DNA of 64,000 nt from Spirochaetales bacterium (GTDB lineage: Bacteria > Spirochaetota > Spirochaetia > JABMQR01): NCBI GenBank assembly GCA_018399255.1, contig JAGYPA010000018.1, forward strand, positions 1,060 through 65,059, written 5' to 3'. Position 1 is the first letter of the stretch. The number at the start of each line of letters is the position of its first letter. The notes under the pieces were generated by a model. That model made no database searches. It saw nothing but the letters and a program-made list of their open reading frames with translations, and was not told the origin of the DNA. The position numbers and the translations under genes were made by a program. Below are positions 18,155 through 27,597 of the stretch, piece after piece.

Positions 18155-19636
18155 TCAGCCCGGAAGCACCCGTAAGAGGCCCTTTTTACTGAGTACTACT
18201 TTATAATGAAACAACTGCTCGCCTCCGTCCCCTCCCAGCTCCGCAAGTACAAGAACGATATGGAGATGATAGACTTTTTTCCCTTTACGTTCTTTTATCT
18301 GCTGATTATCTATCGCATAAAACCGGTCATCGGGATCATCCATTTCCCTCAGCCATTTATCTATACGGATCCGGATAATTTCATTGATTCCTTCCAGACG
18401 CATATGGTTCTTCTGCAGCTTCTTGGAATTGAGCTTGATGTGGCGAGAATAATAGACAATATCCTCATTGGGCATAATTTTTCTGAAGGGGTTGGGCTTT
18501 TCGTAACGGAGCGCTTTAACCCTGCTGGAAACATCCCGGAGACGGATAAAATCGATACGCTCCTTCGCACTGCCCACTTTAGCCTCGTTTGCCGGGTCAC
18601 GATAGAGCGATATATTATCGGCAATAAGCCGGGGAACCCCTTTGCCAAGCACATCCCGCATGATCTCCTTGATCCGATCCTTAAAGACATAGGCAAGGAT
18701 TATGATGATTGCCCATGGAAGGGTGTTCTGGCTGTAGTTTTTCTGGGCATAGAAGGAGGCCAGAACGGCAAACGTCATAGCTGAGGCAGCAGCCAGCCCG
18801 GCGAAAATATGCCGGACCTGTTTGGGGAGGGTCGAATTGTCGGTATGAATATAGAGTGATGACTGTGACCACTTTTTCAGCATGCTGGTTCGATAAGAGA
18901 CCGCTTCGTCTATATGGTTCTGTCCATTCACCTCAAAACTGATATACTGGAACTCCCGGCGATGCTCTTCCTCAGCCTTGAAGCTTTTCTCGATCTGCTC
19001 CAGCAGCTCATCGCGGAGGGGAATCTGGCGGGCAATCATGAAGATTTCCGCGAGGGTATCGAGATTAAGCAAGGTGATATTTTCATCAGTCCACCGGAAT
19101 GCAGTCCGCAGACTCTCCGGGATTCGCGGCTCAAGAAACTGAGGATACATATCGCGAAAAGTACCGGCAGTTTTTTCCGCTGATCCCAGGGTTCTTTTCA
19201 GCTTTGCGGTACATACAGACCTGGCGGAGGGTTTGACCGATTCCTGCAGAATTATCTGGACGGTATCCTTCATTTCCCGGCGGAAATTATTAACGAGCGT
19301 CTGCATTTCATAGATAGTTCGCCGCTCTTGCCTGGGATCAATGATTGTCTTTTCCAGAATCCTTTTAATTCTATACAATGGACTGAGTTCACAGGCAGGA
19401 TCCAGGAGTTTTTCCAGGGAGAGATTGGGAGAGGAAAAACGGGTGCGGGCGGAAATATCATTCAGAATTTTCAGCGGCTGGTAGTTGGCAGAACCCCGTA
19501 TATTCAGCTGCGCCGGTGAGAAAATATAGAGCTTCAGATGGTAGCGTTCTTTTCCGGATTTACTGACCGGAAGACTGGTTTTCAGTTCAAGATGCGTCCG
19601 ACTGTGCAAGCGGACATCTGTTTCAAATTCTTTCAT
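18155..19636 (-). CDS. Hypothetical protein with a central 2-TM hairpin
   Basis: 493-aa ORF with hydrophobic segments IFAGLAAASAMTFAVLASF and PWAIIIILAYVF. No recognisable catalytic motif. Confidence 0.75.
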   Translation of the reverse strand: MKEFETDVRLHSRTHLELKTSLPVSKSGKERYHLKLYIFSPAQLNIRGSANYQPLKILNDISARTRFSSPNLSLEKLLDPACELSPLYRIKRILEKTIIDPRQERRTIYEMQTLVNNFRREMKDTVQIILQESVKPSARSVCTAKLKRTLGSAEKTAGTFRDMYPQFLEPRIPESLRTAFRWTDENITLLNLDTLAEIFMIARQIPLRDELLEQIEKSFKAEEEHRREFQYISFEVNGQNHIDEAVSYRTSMLKKWSQSSLYIHTDNSTLPKQVRHIFAGLAAASAMTFAVLASFYAQKNYSQNTLPWAIIIILAYVFKDRIKEIMRDVLGKGVPRLIADNISLYRDPANEAKVGSAKERIDFIRLRDVSSRVKALRYEKPNPFRKIMPNEDIVYYSRHIKLNSKKLQKNHMRLEGINEIIRIRIDKWLREMDDPDDRFYAIDNQQIKERKGKKVYHLHIVLVLAELGGDGGEQLFHYKVVLSKKGLLRVLPG

Positions 19637-19791
19637 TCTTTTACTGCTCCGGGGGAAATTCCGTCCGAAACAGAATACTGGAAATCTTCAGATCCATCAC
19701 TGCCGGTGCTTCCCTATCAGGAAAGTATAGCATATTCCGACAAAAATTAAACGAGGAAAGGGTTGAATTGTCTGGCATTATTTATCAGGCA

Positions 19792-21063
19792 TCAGTTCCC
19801 GCAATGGTTCTGACCAGGCTCCGCCAGAGGAACGGTAACTGCTCCGTCAGGCAGTATCCATATCTTTGCGTTCGCCCCTTTCTGCTGGAGCGCTTCATCC
19901 ACGGCAGCCTGCAGGTCAGAGACAGGCTGGATAAAAATATTTTCCAGAAGCTTGCCTTCCAGTTCCGTCTTTGCCCAGATCTGCGCCCAAGTTGATATTT
20001 CCGCCATCTTGGCAGCTTTGTGAAACCCGAGACGATAGGTCGCCTTGATCTTATCGACCACCTCCTCCGGTGTTTTGCAGGAACTCAGCAGTTCGATATA
20101 GGCTGCTTCCCCCACCCCTTCCCGACAGGCGGAGACAAGAATAAGGATTCCGCCCTCATTCAGCGCCAGCTTACCGTTATCTATAGCCTTCTGAGCCTGA
20201 TAGAGATCCACGTCCATCGGGTATCCGGCGCAGGAGATCACAATATCTGCCTTTTGCGGAATGGTGGTAGTAAAAATTTCGTTGGCGGCAGAAACGGCAT
20301 CATCAAACGAGACCAGTATGTCGCCGGCGGTAACGCGGTAAATGTTGTGAAGCTTGTCCATAACCGTCATGATGGAGAATATTTTTTTATCTTTCAGCGT
20401 TTTCAGGGCATCTACCATATCCATATGGACCGGGTTTCCTGCCAGTTTGAGCGTCTGGGCATCGAGCGATATCGCGTGGCTGTGGTTCTGTTCGATGGTT
20501 CTGTAGGAGGCTATGCCAGGCAGTATCGCTTTGCGCCCTCCCGTGTAGCCGGCAAAGTAATGAGGTTCCACCGACCCGATCGCTATGATCTTATCGGCTT
20601 CGTATCCTTTCCGGTTTATGTACATTTCCGTACCCTGTCCGGAGGTTCCAAGGTAGACCATCTCCTCATCTTTACGGGCGTCATGCACAAAGATCGCATC
20701 GGCAAACCGGTCATAATGACGGCCGAAGATAAACCGGTACTCCTCTTCAGTCGGCCCCCGATGGACCCCGGTGGCAATAATGAATTTCGCATTGGCGGCA
20801 GCCAGGTCATCGGCAATAACATCGAGTACCTGCCGGGTCGGGGTCGGCCGGGTTCCGTCATTGACGATTACCAGCAGTGAGCCGGACCCGTTAATCATCT
20901 CATTATAGTCCAGCGACCCGGAACTGCTGTTCAGGGCATCCCATATCAGCGATTCGGGAGAGCCGGCGGCGGTAAGTTCATTCGGCTCGATCATACCGGC
21001 AAAATTGTGCTCCGGCAGATTTATCTCAATTTTTTTCCGGTTATAGGGAACTGACAGTTTCAT
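19792..21063 (-). CDS. larA: Nickel-pincer-dependent lactate racemase (LarA) family alpha-hydroxyacid racemase/epimerase
   Basis: VNDGTRPTP, ATGVHR, EPHYFAGYTGGRK, GYPMDVDLYQAQK. Confidence 0.88.
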   Translation of the reverse strand: MKLSVPYNRKKIEINLPEHNFAGMIEPNELTAAGSPESLIWDALNSSSGSLDYNEMINGSGSLLVIVNDGTRPTPTRQVLDVIADDLAAANAKFIIATGVHRGPTEEEYRFIFGRHYDRFADAIFVHDARKDEEMVYLGTSGQGTEMYINRKGYEADKIIAIGSVEPHYFAGYTGGRKAILPGIASYRTIEQNHSHAISLDAQTLKLAGNPVHMDMVDALKTLKDKKIFSIMTVMDKLHNIYRVTAGDILVSFDDAVSAANEIFTTTIPQKADIVISCAGYPMDVDLYQAQKAIDNGKLALNEGGILILVSACREGVGEAAYIELLSSCKTPEEVVDKIKATYRLGFHKAAKMAEISTWAQIWAKTELEGKLLENIFIQPVSDLQAAVDEALQQKGANAKIWILPDGAVTVPLAEPGQNHCGN

Positions 21064-21076
21064 AAGGCTGCTCCTG

Positions 21077-21826
21077 TTAAGAATTTTCCAGCTGCTTGCC
21101 TTCAGATAGGGCTGCGGCTTTTCTTAAAGAAATACGGGCATTCTCCCGGGCTTTGCATATGTGCTGATGCATGAGGGATGCCGCTTTGTCGCCGTCCCCC
21201 TCCTTGATCGCCTGGTAGATAGCCCGATGGTCGGCCAGACTCGATTTCGGCTGATTTTTCAGACGCAGGGTGGTTTCCCGGGTTTTATTGAGCAGCGATT
21301 TAGACATCAGCAGCATTTTTTCAAATACGTTATTATGGGTAGCCCGGGCTACAGCTTCATGAAATCCGTTATCCCCGACCAGCCCGATGCCGCCGGCGGC
21401 GATATCAAGCTGCATCAGATCCAGACTTGCAGAAATAGCATTCAGGTCGTCAGTTGTTCGCTGGACAGCAGCAATCCGGGCAAATTCCGTCTCTATGATA
21501 AGGCGGAAGTCCAGCATTTCCATAACCATATTGTCTTCGCTCTCGAGAAATTCGGCAAATGGATCGATTATGGTGTCCAGGGTGATCTCACGGACAAAGG
21601 TTCCGCCCCCGACACCGACCCTCGATTCGAGATATCCGGTTTTCTCCATTATCTTGAGGGCTTCACGGATCGATGCCCGACTGACCTGAAACTGTTCTGC
21701 CAGTTCCCGTTCGCTTGGAAGCTGGTCGCCGGGTATGTAGACTTTATCCTTAATCATCTGCAGAAGAATATTACCGACATGTTCCGATAACCGGCTCTTC
21801 TTGATCGGCTCTATTCTGGCTGTCAT
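21077..21826 (-). CDS. FadR/GntR-family regulator (PdhR/LldR-like)
   Basis: PGDQLPSERELAEQFQVSRASIREAL wHTH; FCD domain DNGFH...ATHN, HRAIYQAI. Confidence 0.93.
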   Translation of the reverse strand: MTARIEPIKKSRLSEHVGNILLQMIKDKVYIPGDQLPSERELAEQFQVSRASIREALKIMEKTGYLESRVGVGGGTFVREITLDTIIDPFAEFLESEDNMVMEMLDFRLIIETEFARIAAVQRTTDDLNAISASLDLMQLDIAAGGIGLVGDNGFHEAVARATHNNVFEKMLLMSKSLLNKTRETTLRLKNQPKSSLADHRAIYQAIKEGDGDKAASLMHQHICKARENARISLRKAAALSEGKQLENS

Positions 21827-21862
21827 ATCTCTACTCTCCTGTCTGCCCTGCTCTGTCCTGCT

Positions 21863-23311
21863 CTAAGAATCCGCCCTTTTTCCGGCAGACCTGCTGCTGC
21901 CGATAGTATGGACTGCAAAGCCTTCAACCGCATGGGCTGCTTCCATTACTGTCTCGCTTATAGTCGGATGGGGATGAACCGTGCTGTAAATTTCCTCAAT
22001 AGTCAGTTCTGACGCTATGGCCAGTGCCATTTCCGCTATAATATCAGTTGCCCGGGGCGACATCAAGTGCGCTCCCAATAGTGCTCCGCTGTTCTTATCG
22101 GTAACAAGCTTGACGAATCCTTCCGTCTCGCCAATGATAACAGCCTTGCTTGCGGCCTTCATCGGGAAGAAGCCTTCAACTGGTTTGAATCCTCTCGCCG
22201 CTGCTTCCCCGGCCGTCAGCCCGACCGATCCGATTTCCGGACGGGTATAGATGCACGACGGGATTATCTGACGGTTGATATAGTTCTTTTTTCCCAGGAT
22301 ATGGTCAACTGCAATTAGAGCGTGTGCAGTGGCGGCATGAGCCAGCATCCAGCCTCCGGTAACATCTCCAATGGCATAGATATCGGGCACCGTTGTCTGC
22401 TGGTGATCATTTACCGGAATACATCCTTTTTGCGTTGGAACTCCCGCGGCTTCCAGCCCTATATCGTCAGTCACCGGTTTCCGCCCGACGGCAATAAAGA
22501 GCCGGTCAGACTGAATGGATTTTTCATCTTCACCAATGGTGATGCGGCAGGTGACACCGGAGCCGGTTCCAGCCGGAGCTACGGTATTTACGGCTGCACC
22601 TGTAATGATCTCCATTCCTTTTTTCTGGAAATCCTTCTTCAGAAGTTCCGCAATTTCTGAATCCATTCGCGGCAGCAGCTGAGGCATCATTTCCACTATG
22701 GTCACCTTGACGCCGAAATCGTGAAAAATGAGCGCGCTTTCAACCCCGATTACTCCGCCCCCGATAATGGTTATGCTCTCCGGCATTTCCAGGGCTTCCA
22801 GAAGCAGCGTATCGCTTGTCCAGTAGTCTATCTGCTCCAGCCCGGGGATGGGCGGCACTGAGGGTTCTGAGCCTGTTGCCAGTATAATCCTGGCGGCTGT
22901 TATCGTCCGCTCCGTCTCTTTTCCAAGGCAGGATATGGTGTGGTTATCGGTCAAGGTCCCTGCTGCGGTTATTATTTCTGCTCCATGATACTTCAGCAGG
23001 CCTTTTACGCCGGAACGGAGTTTGCGGACGGTTTTCTCACGGTATGCATAGACTTTATCCATGTCAAATCCCGGTTCGGTCCGGGTTATGCCGAACTCAT
23101 GAGCTCGTCGAACTGTCTCCAGCACTTCACCGCTGTGCAGCATGGCTTTTGTTGGAATGCAGCCGCGGTTGAGGCAGGTGCCTCCAAGGGTATCTTTTTC
23201 TATGAGCGCTGTCCGCAGTCCCTGCCGTGCAGCATGAATCGCTGCGACGTAGCCGCCGGGCCCGGAGCCGATTATAACCAGGTCGTAGTCGTAGGTTGGT
23301 TCAAATGCCAT
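21863..23311 (-). CDS. lpdA: Dihydrolipoyl dehydrogenase (E3)
   Basis: GSGPGGY, GGTCLNRGCIPTK, IIGGGVIG, HPHPTISE. Confidence 0.95.
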   Translation of the reverse strand: MAFEPTYDYDLVIIGSGPGGYVAAIHAARQGLRTALIEKDTLGGTCLNRGCIPTKAMLHSGEVLETVRRAHEFGITRTEPGFDMDKVYAYREKTVRKLRSGVKGLLKYHGAEIITAAGTLTDNHTISCLGKETERTITAARIILATGSEPSVPPIPGLEQIDYWTSDTLLLEALEMPESITIIGGGVIGVESALIFHDFGVKVTIVEMMPQLLPRMDSEIAELLKKDFQKKGMEIITGAAVNTVAPAGTGSGVTCRITIGEDEKSIQSDRLFIAVGRKPVTDDIGLEAAGVPTQKGCIPVNDHQQTTVPDIYAIGDVTGGWMLAHAATAHALIAVDHILGKKNYINRQIIPSCIYTRPEIGSVGLTAGEAAARGFKPVEGFFPMKAASKAVIIGETEGFVKLVTDKNSGALLGAHLMSPRATDIIAEMALAIASELTIEEIYSTVHPHPTISETVMEAAHAVEGFAVHTIGSSRSAGKRADS

Positions 23312-23330
23312 TCAACACCTCTTCATTGGT

Positions 23331-24707
23331 TCAAATCATCAGGAGGGGATTTTGCAGAATCCCTCTCAAAGTCTGCAGAAATTCTGCTGCCGGAGCACCA
23401 TCAATAAGACGGTGGTCATAGGTAAGCGAAAGCGTGCAGACAGGTCGGACAGCAAGCTGCTTTTCTATGACTACCGGTCTGTCGGTTATCGAGCCTACAG
23501 CGAGTATGCAGCTTTCGGGCCGGTTTATAATTGCCGTAAAACTATCGAGGCCGTACATTCCGAGGTTCGATATAGTAAACCGTCCGCCGGCAAGATCTTC
23601 CGGCTGCAGGGTATTGCTGCGTGCTGCAGCGGCAAGCCGCTTGCTTTCGGCATGGATATCCTCGAGGCTGCGCTGGTCGGCATGGGAAATCACCGGCACA
23701 ATCAATCCCTCATCCAGGGCAACGGCTATACCGATATTGACATCCCTGAACTGCAGAATATTTCCATTACTCCCTATCTGCCGGTTAATGCGGGGATGGC
23801 GCTTAAGGGCTGCGGCTGCTGCCCTGACAATAATGTCATTGAATGAAACTGCCCGTCCTTCGGCTTTGAAAGCTGCCCGCAGTCGTACTGCTTCGCTCAT
23901 GTCTATATCCATCCGGTGAACGGCCTGTGCTGCTTCATCGAGACTGCTGCGCATCCTTTCGGCTATGACTTTCCTCATGCCGCGCATTGGAATCTCCTCA
24001 GCCCCATACTCTGCAGATTCCGGATAACTTCCAGTCGTCTTCTGCCGGGCAGCGGCGGCTATATCTGCTGAATATATTTTACCCCGAGGTCCGGTACCGG
24101 TAATTGAGGCCAGATCCTGACCGGTTCGTTCGGCCAGTTTCCTGGCTGTCGGGGTGGCGGATGGCTGTCCCGGGGCGCTTGATCCGGCAGAAACTGCGGC
24201 AGCAAGCACATCCCGTTCAATAACGAGTCCTTCGGGGCCGGTTCCGGTGATTTTCTGCAAGTCCAGCTGCTTTTCTTCGGCTGTCTTCCGGGCTCGGGGG
24301 GTGACAAACTTCCTGCCTGACGCACCAGCCGGAGCTTCAGTCGGAGCTTCAGTCGGAGCTTCAATCATGGATTCAGTCGGGGATTCAGTCGGGGATTCAG
24401 CCGGGGATTCAGTCGGAGCTTCAGTCGGAGGGTTTTTCGGGGCACCCGTCAGTGATGAAACATCCTCCCCTGCCTCCCCGATATATCCGATGATCTCGGT
24501 TATCGGAACCGTCTCCCCCTCTTTGCGAAGAACTGCCAGCAAAGTTCCCGATGCCGGAGCATCAATATCAATATTGAGTTTGTCGGTTTCAATTTCGAAG
24601 AGGGTCTCACCCTCCTTGACGGTATCTCCAACTTGTTTCTTCCATTCAATAATCGTACCTTCGGTCATTTGCAGACCCTGTTTCGGCATGATGATTTTTT
24701 CAGCCAT
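23331..24707 (-). CDS. Dihydrolipoamide acyltransferase (E2), one lipoyl domain and two E3-binding domains (AcoC-like)
   Basis: Lipoyl-Lys EIETDK, two TPxARK.A...ITGTGP.G domains, catalytic DHRLIDG. Confidence 0.93.
   Translation of the reverse strand: MAEKIIMPKQGLQMTEGTIIEWKKQVGDTVKEGETLFEIETDKLNIDIDAPASGTLLAVLRKEGETVPITEIIGYIGEAGEDVSSLTGAPKNPPTEAPTESPAESPTESPTESMIEAPTEAPTEAPAGASGRKFVTPRARKTAEEKQLDLQKITGTGPEGLVIERDVLAAAVSAGSSAPGQPSATPTARKLAERTGQDLASITGTGPRGKIYSADIAAAARQKTTGSYPESAEYGAEEIPMRGMRKVIAERMRSSLDEAAQAVHRMDIDMSEAVRLRAAFKAEGRAVSFNDIIVRAAAAALKRHPRINRQIGSNGNILQFRDVNIGIAVALDEGLIVPVISHADQRSLEDIHAESKRLAAAARSNTLQPEDLAGGRFTISNLGMYGLDSFTAIINRPESCILAVGSITDRPVVIEKQLAVRPVCTLSLTYDHRLIDGAPAAEFLQTLRGILQNPLLMI
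24331..24430. repeat. 12-bp tandem repeat (8+ units) encoding the E2 PTEA/PTES linker
   Basis: Variants of GGAGCTTCAGTC and GGGGATTCAGTC. Confidence 0.9.
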
Positions 24708-24715
24708 ACTGACTC

Positions 24716-25696
24716 CTATCTGTAGCAGATTTTCCTGACACCTTCGACAATGTCATCAACTCCCGGCACAACCGCATTCTCCAGCACCAGGCTGAAGGGC
24801 AATGTACAGGCTTTAGCACCAAGTCGAGCAACGGGGGCATCCAGATAGACAAAGGCCTTTTCTGTCAGCTCCGCGGCAATCTCAGCTCCGATGCCCATGG
24901 TTCGGTGAGCCTCGTGAACAACAAGAGCCCTGCCTGTTTTCTTGACCGATCCCACAAACGTATCCATATCCATAGGGAGTATAGTCCGCGGATCGATCAC
25001 TTCGACATCAATTCCCTCACCGGACAGTTTTTCTGCCGCTTCCAGAGCCCGGGAGACCATCAGGGAGGTTGCGATTACCGTAACATCGGCTCCTTCCCGC
25101 ATAATTGCAGCCTTGCCGAAGGGTATGGAAAAATCTGGATCATCGGGAACTTCGCCGCTTACTGCATACAGGGCCTTGTGCTCGAAAAACATAATGGGGT
25201 TATTGTCCCGTATGGCGGTTCTCAGCAGTCCTGCGGCATCGGCAGGGGTTGCGGGCATTGCCACTTTCAGACCCGGGATATGGGTAAAGAAGGCTTCCAC
25301 GCTTTGCGAGTGGGTGCCGGCATTCCCGCGCCCGATACCCTGCTGTCCTCGGATAACAAGCGGAAGCGTCGCCTTGCCGCCGTACATATAGCGTATCTTG
25401 GCTGCCTGGTTGAGGATCTGATCCATGGCTACATAGGTGAAATCCATATACATGAGCTCGATAACCGGGCGCATTCCCGTCAGAGATGCTCCAACACCTG
25501 CTCCGATAAATCCGGCTTCCGAGATGGGGGTATTGCGAACCCGTTCCTTCCCGAATTCTTCCATCAATCCGCGGGTACACCCGAAGATACCTCCCTGTTC
25601 GGCAATATCCTCTCCCATGACAAACACCCGCTCGTCCCGCTGCATTTCCTGCTGAAGCACATCGCGAATGGCAACTGCATATTTTTTCGTACTCAT
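24716..25696 (-). CDS. ThDP-dependent dehydrogenase E1 beta subunit (acetoin/2-oxoacid dehydrogenase type)
   Basis: MGEDI, VRNTPISEAG, HSQSVEA, FFEHKALY, EVIDPRT. Confidence 0.93.
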   Translation of the reverse strand: MSTKKYAVAIRDVLQQEMQRDERVFVMGEDIAEQGGIFGCTRGLMEEFGKERVRNTPISEAGFIGAGVGASLTGMRPVIELMYMDFTYVAMDQILNQAAKIRYMYGGKATLPLVIRGQQGIGRGNAGTHSQSVEAFFTHIPGLKVAMPATPADAAGLLRTAIRDNNPIMFFEHKALYAVSGEVPDDPDFSIPFGKAAIMREGADVTVIATSLMVSRALEAAEKLSGEGIDVEVIDPRTILPMDMDTFVGSVKKTGRALVVHEAHRTMGIGAEIAAELTEKAFVYLDAPVARLGAKACTLPFSLVLENAVVPGVDDIVEGVRKICYR

Positions 25697-25708
25697 TGGG
25701 CTCTCCTT

Positions 25709-26668
25709 CTAATTTTCAAAATAGACATTTTCGAGGACAGTTGCCGGATCGGGATCCGGGCTGCTCAGAGCAAACTCGGCGGCAGCATCGATCTGGCTGG
25801 ATGCATCGCTGTGCATCTTTTCCATCTCCTTCTCTGTAAGTATTTTGTGCTCACGGAGATACTCTTCAAGCCGCTTGATGGGGCATTTCTGCTTCCAGAT
25901 TTCCACATCTTCCTTGCTCCGGTAGACCTGCGGATCTCCCGTCCAATGGCCGTACCAGCGATACGTCTTGCACTCGATCAGCGATGGGCCTTTACCCGCT
26001 TTTGCCCGGGCCACGGCCTTCTTTACGGCCTTATCGATATCAAATACATCATTCCCGTCGACAACTTCGCCAGGTATATCGTAGGCCTTTGCCCGTACCG
26101 CAATATCTTTTACCGAGGTGCTTACATCCACATGAGTCGATATGCCGAACTGGTTGTTTTCGCAGACAAAGATTATCGGCAGCTTCCAGACGGCAGCCAG
26201 ATTGAGAGCCTCATGAAAGGCTCCCTCGTTGGCGGCGCCGTCACCGAAAAAGGCCACGGCGATCTGGTCGGTTCCCCGGAGCTTTGCGCTGAGCGCCGCT
26301 CCGGACGCTATCGGCAGACCGGCAGCCACGATAGCATTCGCGCCAAGGTTGCCTTTCGTAACATCGGCAATATGCATTGACCCGCCGCGGCCCAGACAGT
26401 AACCGGTAGACTTGCCCATCAGCTCAGCCATGGCCAAGTCTGGTTCAGCTCCTTTAGCTATGCAGTGTCCATGTCCGCGGTGAGTACTGGTTATATAGTC
26501 CTCATCCCGCAAATGGGAGCAGACTGTCGCCGCCACCGCCTCCTGTCCGGTACACAGATGCACCGATCCGCGCAGCTGATTGGACTCGAAGAGGCTCAGC
26601 GCCTTATCCTCAAAATTCCTTATTGTCAGCATTGTTTTGTAGATCCATTCCAAACGCTTGTTATCCAT
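25709..26668 (-). CDS. ThDP-dependent dehydrogenase E1 alpha subunit (AcoA-like)
   Basis: GQEAVA, STHRGHGH, GRGGSMH, GDGAANEG...ENN ThDP motif, TYRWYGH. Confidence 0.93.
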   Translation of the reverse strand: MDNKRLEWIYKTMLTIRNFEDKALSLFESNQLRGSVHLCTGQEAVAATVCSHLRDEDYITSTHRGHGHCIAKGAEPDLAMAELMGKSTGYCLGRGGSMHIADVTKGNLGANAIVAAGLPIASGAALSAKLRGTDQIAVAFFGDGAANEGAFHEALNLAAVWKLPIIFVCENNQFGISTHVDVSTSVKDIAVRAKAYDIPGEVVDGNDVFDIDKAVKKAVARAKAGKGPSLIECKTYRWYGHWTGDPQVYRSKEDVEIWKQKCPIKRLEEYLREHKILTEKEMEKMHSDASSQIDAAAEFALSSPDPDPATVLENVYFEN

Positions 26669-26715
26669 GGCTTTTTCCTTTTAAGTATCCTTTTACGTAA
26701 CCTTATCTATCCTTT

Positions 26716-27594
26716 TTATTTTCCCTTGATAAGTTGTTCCACTATTTCCACAAGATGCTCAGTTCCTTCGGCAATATGAACTCCCGCGGCCCGCAGAACT
26801 GCTTCCTTGTTTTCGGCAGATCCTTCTCCATCAGGTGACACTATTGCTCCGGCATGCCCCATGCTGGTATCCTTCGGGGCATTTTTCCCGGCTATGAGAG
26901 CGACAACGGGTTTCGTGACATGCTCGCTTATATAGGCAGCCGCCAGCTCCTCTTCGCCTCCGCCGATTTCCCCGATCATGACAATAATTTCCGTCTGTTC
27001 ATCCGCCTCAAAAAGCGGCAGCATATCCACAAAAGGGGACCCGGGAATCATGTCGCCGCCGACCCCGATACAGGTAGACTGGCCGATGCCTTTCTGCTGC
27101 ATCAGAAACACCGTTTCATAGGCGTTGGTCGCACTGCGGGACATCAGTCCGACAGAACCTTCGCTGAATATCCGATGGGCCATAAATCCCGCCTTCGCTT
27201 TACCCGGCGATATGATCCCGAAGGAGTTCGGCCCTATCAGCCGGCATCCTTTCTCTCTGGCCAGATGATGGAGCCTGAGCATGTCATGAACCGGAACACC
27301 TTCCGCAATGGTGATAACCAGAGGAATACCGGAAATGATGGCTTCATACGCCGCTCCGTACATGAATTTCGGGGGAACAAACAGCACCGCCGCGTTTGCC
27401 CCATGCTTCACCTTCGCCTCCATGACGGTATTATATACCGGAACGCCGTGAACTTCCGCGCCCCCTTTTCCGGGAGTTACCCCGGCAACTACCTGCGTAC
27501 CGTATATCAGCATCTGCTCGGTATGGAAGGCGCCTTCGCGACCGGTTATTCCCTGCACTATCAGCCTTGTCTCGTTATCGATCAAAAAACTCAT
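26716..27594 (-). CDS. sucD: Succinate-CoA ligase (ADP-forming) alpha subunit, divergent paralogue
   Basis: QGITGREG, GVTPGKGG, IGEIGG, phospho-His motif MGHAGA. Confidence 0.88.
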   Translation of the reverse strand: MSFLIDNETRLIVQGITGREGAFHTEQMLIYGTQVVAGVTPGKGGAEVHGVPVYNTVMEAKVKHGANAAVLFVPPKFMYGAAYEAIISGIPLVITIAEGVPVHDMLRLHHLAREKGCRLIGPNSFGIISPGKAKAGFMAHRIFSEGSVGLMSRSATNAYETVFLMQQKGIGQSTCIGVGGDMIPGSPFVDMLPLFEADEQTEIIVMIGEIGGGEEELAAAYISEHVTKPVVALIAGKNAPKDTSMGHAGAIVSPDGEGSAENKEAVLRAAGVHIAEGTEHLVEIVEQLIKGK

Positions 27595-27597
27595 ACG

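Noticed and set aside
24905-26380. 491-aa plus-strand ORF, and similar long ORFs at 20020, 26854, 32726, 39710 and 62808
   Set aside because: Antisense shadows of well-supported genes, with no motifs of their own.
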